This document shows, in pieces, positions 61,069 through 64,000 of a stretch of 64,000 nt of DNA. Every line of letters starts with the position of its first letter. The first letter of the stretch is position 1. The position numbers and the translations under genes were made by a program. The notes under the pieces were generated by a model that was not told where the DNA came from, did not search any database, and saw only the letters and a list, made by a program, of their open reading frames with translations. Source of the stretch: Bacteroidota bacterium (GTDB lineage Bacteria > Bacteroidota > Ignavibacteria > Kryptoniales > JAKASW01); assembly GCA_021825585.1 (NCBI GenBank), contig JAKAGT010000008.1, positions 53,513-117,512 of the forward strand, written 5' to 3'.

Positions 61069-63495
61069 TCAATTTCTCAGCGCCTTGTTATTCTTCAGCA
61101 TATACTGGATCCTCTCCTGGGTCTTCCTTTCGCCGCAGAGGCTCAGGAAGGCTTCACGCTCGAGGTCGAGGATGTACTCTTCGTCTACCTCCTGCTGCGA
61201 TGTGAAATCGCCGCCTGTGAGCACGTAAGCCAGCTTTTTCCCGATGTGGAATTCGTAATCGGTAATCTGCTTCCCCTCTTTCCAGAGATAGAGCCCCAGC
61301 GTAAGTGCCGACAGCACGGGCTGACCTAACGCAATGATTTTCTGCTTCTCGGTTGGGCGGTATCCTTCCTGGACCATCGCGAGCGCCGTAGCCTTCGCAT
61401 CGTAAATCAGGAACTTCTCGTTCATGGACACGTCATCTGAAGCGCGCAGGTACCCGAACTTCTTCGCTTCGTCCGCACTGGTGGCTACCTTGGCAGTACC
61501 GATGGTTTCCAGCACCTCCCGCACGTACGGCATCAGATCGATGTCAGGAACTTTGGGCGCACGCGACAGACTCCGGATGAGCATTTCCTTCGTGCCGCCC
61601 CCGGCCGGAATCACTCCAACTCCGACCTCTACGAGTCCGATGTAAGTCTCGGCGGAAGCCCTGACTCTCGGCGCATGGAGAGTCATTTCACAACCTCCTC
61701 CAAGAGTCATGTTAAAAGGCGCCGCCACGACAGGCTTCGGCGCGTATTTGATTCTCATGTCGATCGCCTGGAATGTTCTCACCGCGCGGTTGAGTTCGTC
61801 GAAATCTCCCTCTTGCGCCAGCATCAGAATGAGCATGAGATTCGCGCCAGCGGAGAAAAGCCTCCCCTGGTTGGCGATGACAAGAGCATCATAATCGGTT
61901 TCAAGCTTCTTCAACCCGAAATCGACCACTTGTAAAATGTCTTCACCGATTGCATTCATCTTGGAATGAAACTCGACGCATACGACGGAATCACCGAGAT
62001 CGATCAGGGATGCTCCTGCGTTTGCCTTGATTACCTTCCCCTTCTTGACCTCCGTCTTCAGGTTCACGAGTTTCTTCGGCACCGGAACTTCCTTGTAGCT
62101 CCTTGTCTTAAAATCATAGAACAGGTGAGTGCCGTTTTCTTCCTTGTAGAAAGACTTCGCTCCTGAGGCGATCATCTCCAGAAGTTTCTGAGGTATCTGT
62201 CGCCCCTCCGATTTCATTTTGTCGACTGATTTCTCCAGTCCTATTGCATCCCAGGTCTCGAACGGTCCCAGCTCCCAGCCAAACCCCCACTTCATGGCGT
62301 TATCGATACTCATTACGTCTTCTGCTATTTCGGGAATCCTGTTGGCACTGTATATCAACACTGCCGCGGTCGTATCCCAGAAAAATTCTCCCGCTCTGTC
62401 CCTGGCATATGCGAGATTCTTTACTCTTTCAGCGACATCATCGATGTTCTTTCCCATATCGATGGATGGAAAAGCAGCCTTCCGTCTCTGCCGGTGCTCC
62501 ATGGCTCTATAGTCTAGTGTGAGGATTTCAGTCTCACCTTTCTCGTTCTTCACCCGCTTGTAGAAGCCGCTCCTCGTTTTCTCCCCGAGCCAGTTCTTCT
62601 TTTGCATTTCCATCATGAACTCGGGGACCCTGAAGTAATCGCGCATCTCATCATCCGGCGCCGCCTCGTACAGGTTATCTGCGACGTGGATGAGCGTGTC
62701 GAGACCCACGATGTCTCCGGTGCGAAAAGTGGCGCTCTTTGGCCGTCCCGAAGCGGGTCCGGTGATAGTGTCTACTTCTTCAATCGTATAATCTTTTTCA
62801 ACCATCTTGTGAATCACGTACATCATTGCGGCCACGCCGATACGGTTTCCGATGAAGTTTGGCGTATCCTTGCAAAATACGGTCCCCTTTCCGAGCGCCT
62901 CTTCGACAAACGCGCGCATAAATGAAATCACATCGGGCGATGTCTCCGCAGTTGGAATAAGCTCGAGCAGATACAGATAGCGCGGCGGATTGAAAAAGTG
63001 CGTGCCCAGGAAGTGCTTCCTGAAGTCATCCGAAAGTCCCTCGGAGATTTGGGAGATTGGAATGCCGCTGGTATTGGAGCTCACAATAGTGCCGGGTTTC
63101 CTCAGGGCATCTACCCTTTTCATCAGATCCCTTTTTGGCGCGAGGCTTTCAACTATCACCTCTATGATCCAGTCCGCGTCCGATATCCTGCTAAGGTCGT
63201 CATCAAAGTTACCGACGGTGATGTACGAAGCTTTCTCCGGTGTGAAAAGAGGTGCGGGTTTAAGTTCGAGGGCTCGTTTCAGTCCGGCAGTTGCATAGCG
63301 GTTACGCACTTGCCTGTCATTGATTGTGAGACCCCTTTTTCGCTCGGCATCGTCAACATCCTTGGGAACAATGTCCAGTAGATAGGATCTTATCCCCGCA
63401 TTCGCGAGATGTGCTGCTATCTGCGCCCCCATCACACCGGCACCGAGCACTGCTGCCTTTTTGATCTGATTCATTACTTTCTCCGGATTTTTCAC
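61069..63495 (-). CDS. fadN: 3-hydroxyacyl-CoA dehydrogenase / enoyl-CoA hydratase (FadN-like)
   Basis: GAGVMG, SNTSG, HFFNPPR, C-terminal crotonase FSAGANL, LGGGCE, GLVEVGVG. Confidence 0.9.
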   Translation of the reverse strand: MKNPEKVMNQIKKAAVLGAGVMGAQIAAHLANAGIRSYLLDIVPKDVDDAERKRGLTINDRQVRNRYATAGLKRALELKPAPLFTPEKASYITVGNFDDDLSRISDADWIIEVIVESLAPKRDLMKRVDALRKPGTIVSSNTSGIPISQISEGLSDDFRKHFLGTHFFNPPRYLYLLELIPTAETSPDVISFMRAFVEEALGKGTVFCKDTPNFIGNRIGVAAMMYVIHKMVEKDYTIEEVDTITGPASGRPKSATFRTGDIVGLDTLIHVADNLYEAAPDDEMRDYFRVPEFMMEMQKKNWLGEKTRSGFYKRVKNEKGETEILTLDYRAMEHRQRRKAAFPSIDMGKNIDDVAERVKNLAYARDRAGEFFWDTTAAVLIYSANRIPEIAEDVMSIDNAMKWGFGWELGPFETWDAIGLEKSVDKMKSEGRQIPQKLLEMIASGAKSFYKEENGTHLFYDFKTRSYKEVPVPKKLVNLKTEVKKGKVIKANAGASLIDLGDSVVCVEFHSKMNAIGEDILQVVDFGLKKLETDYDALVIANQGRLFSAGANLMLILMLAQEGDFDELNRAVRTFQAIDMRIKYAPKPVVAAPFNMTLGGGCEMTLHAPRVRASAETYIGLVEVGVGVIPAGGGTKEMLIRSLSRAPKVPDIDLMPYVREVLETIGTAKVATSADEAKKFGYLRASDDVSMNEKFLIYDAKATALAMVQEGYRPTEKQKIIALGQPVLSALTLGLYLWKEGKQITDYEFHIGKKLAYVLTGGDFTSQQEVDEEYILDLEREAFLSLCGERKTQERIQYMLKNNKALRN

Positions 63496-64000
63496 TCTTT
63501 GTAAAAGTCCTCTATCAACTCCCTGTAGCGGTTCTCCACGTTGCGTCTTTTCATCTTGAGCGTCGGAGTCAGATAGTCTGCTTCGATTGTGAGCTCGCCG
63601 TCCAACACCGCAAATTTCTTTATTGTCTCCCAGTGGGACAGGTTCGCATTTGTCTCGTCAATGATTTTCTTGTACAGATCCTTCACCAGTGGGTTCTCCA
63701 GGAGTTCACCGCTCGAATCGAAACCAATCTGATTCTTCTCCGCATAACTTTTCAATGCATCCCAATTGGGAAAGATCAGCGCCGAAGCGAACTTCCGCTT
63801 ATCTCCTATGACAATCGCTTTGTCAATATACAGACTCCTGGACAAAATCATTTCTATTTCCTGCGGGGCGATGAACTTCCCGCCGCTCGTCTTGAGCAGG
63901 TCTTTCTTTCTGTCGGTCACATACAGGAATCCGTCCTTATCCACATATCCTATGTCTCCGGTCCTCAGCCAGCAGGTATAGTACGATGCAGAAGTGGCAT
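63492..64000 (-). CDS. Long-chain fatty acid-CoA ligase, C-terminal part (window-truncated)
   Basis: WLRTGDIG, TDRKKDLLKTSGGK, LTPTLKMKR; frame stays open to the window end. Confidence 0.85.
   Translation of the reverse strand, partial: ATSASYYTCWLRTGDIGYVDKDGFLYVTDRKKDLLKTSGGKFIAPQEIEMILSRSLYIDKAIVIGDKRKFASALIFPNWDALKSYAEKNQIGFDSSGELLENPLVKDLYKKIIDETNANLSHWETIKKFAVLDGELTIEADYLTPTLKMKRRNVENRYRELIEDFYKE

Overview
A gene-dense, mostly housekeeping chromosomal segment from a diderm bacterium. The lineage is probably FCB group (Ignavibacteria/Kryptonia-like), inferred from BamD, TamB, HldE1/E2, a T9SS-like C-terminal tail, bshA and a CxxxY CcmE. In order, it holds: a truncated GH13 protein, a CpoB-like lipoprotein, a DNA-repair neighbourhood (DEDD-GIY-YIG nuclease, ATP-grasp protein, uvrA), aroE, two tRNA-Ser, ccmBCDEF (System I*), a long htpX-gdh-bamD-...-ccmA-copA-copZ operon, lemA/TPM/aroF, gcvPB, an RND efflux + YncE + CusRS-like module, bshA, hldE1/E2-tamB, a 7TM hybrid kinase and a fadD-fadN-fadA-fadE operon. 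I saw no CRISPR array, prophage, integrase or transposase. The most notable unannotated signals are: (1) a strict TTGnnn-N17-TAnnTT promoter pattern at 14 gene starts; (2) several apparently leaderless genes; (3) a ~120-nt rod-like structured leader ahead of the hybrid kinase; (4) an ATP-grasp enzyme translationally coupled to a repair nuclease; (5) an RND module with no outer-membrane factor but a beta-propeller partner. All calls come from reading motifs by eye; no searches were run.
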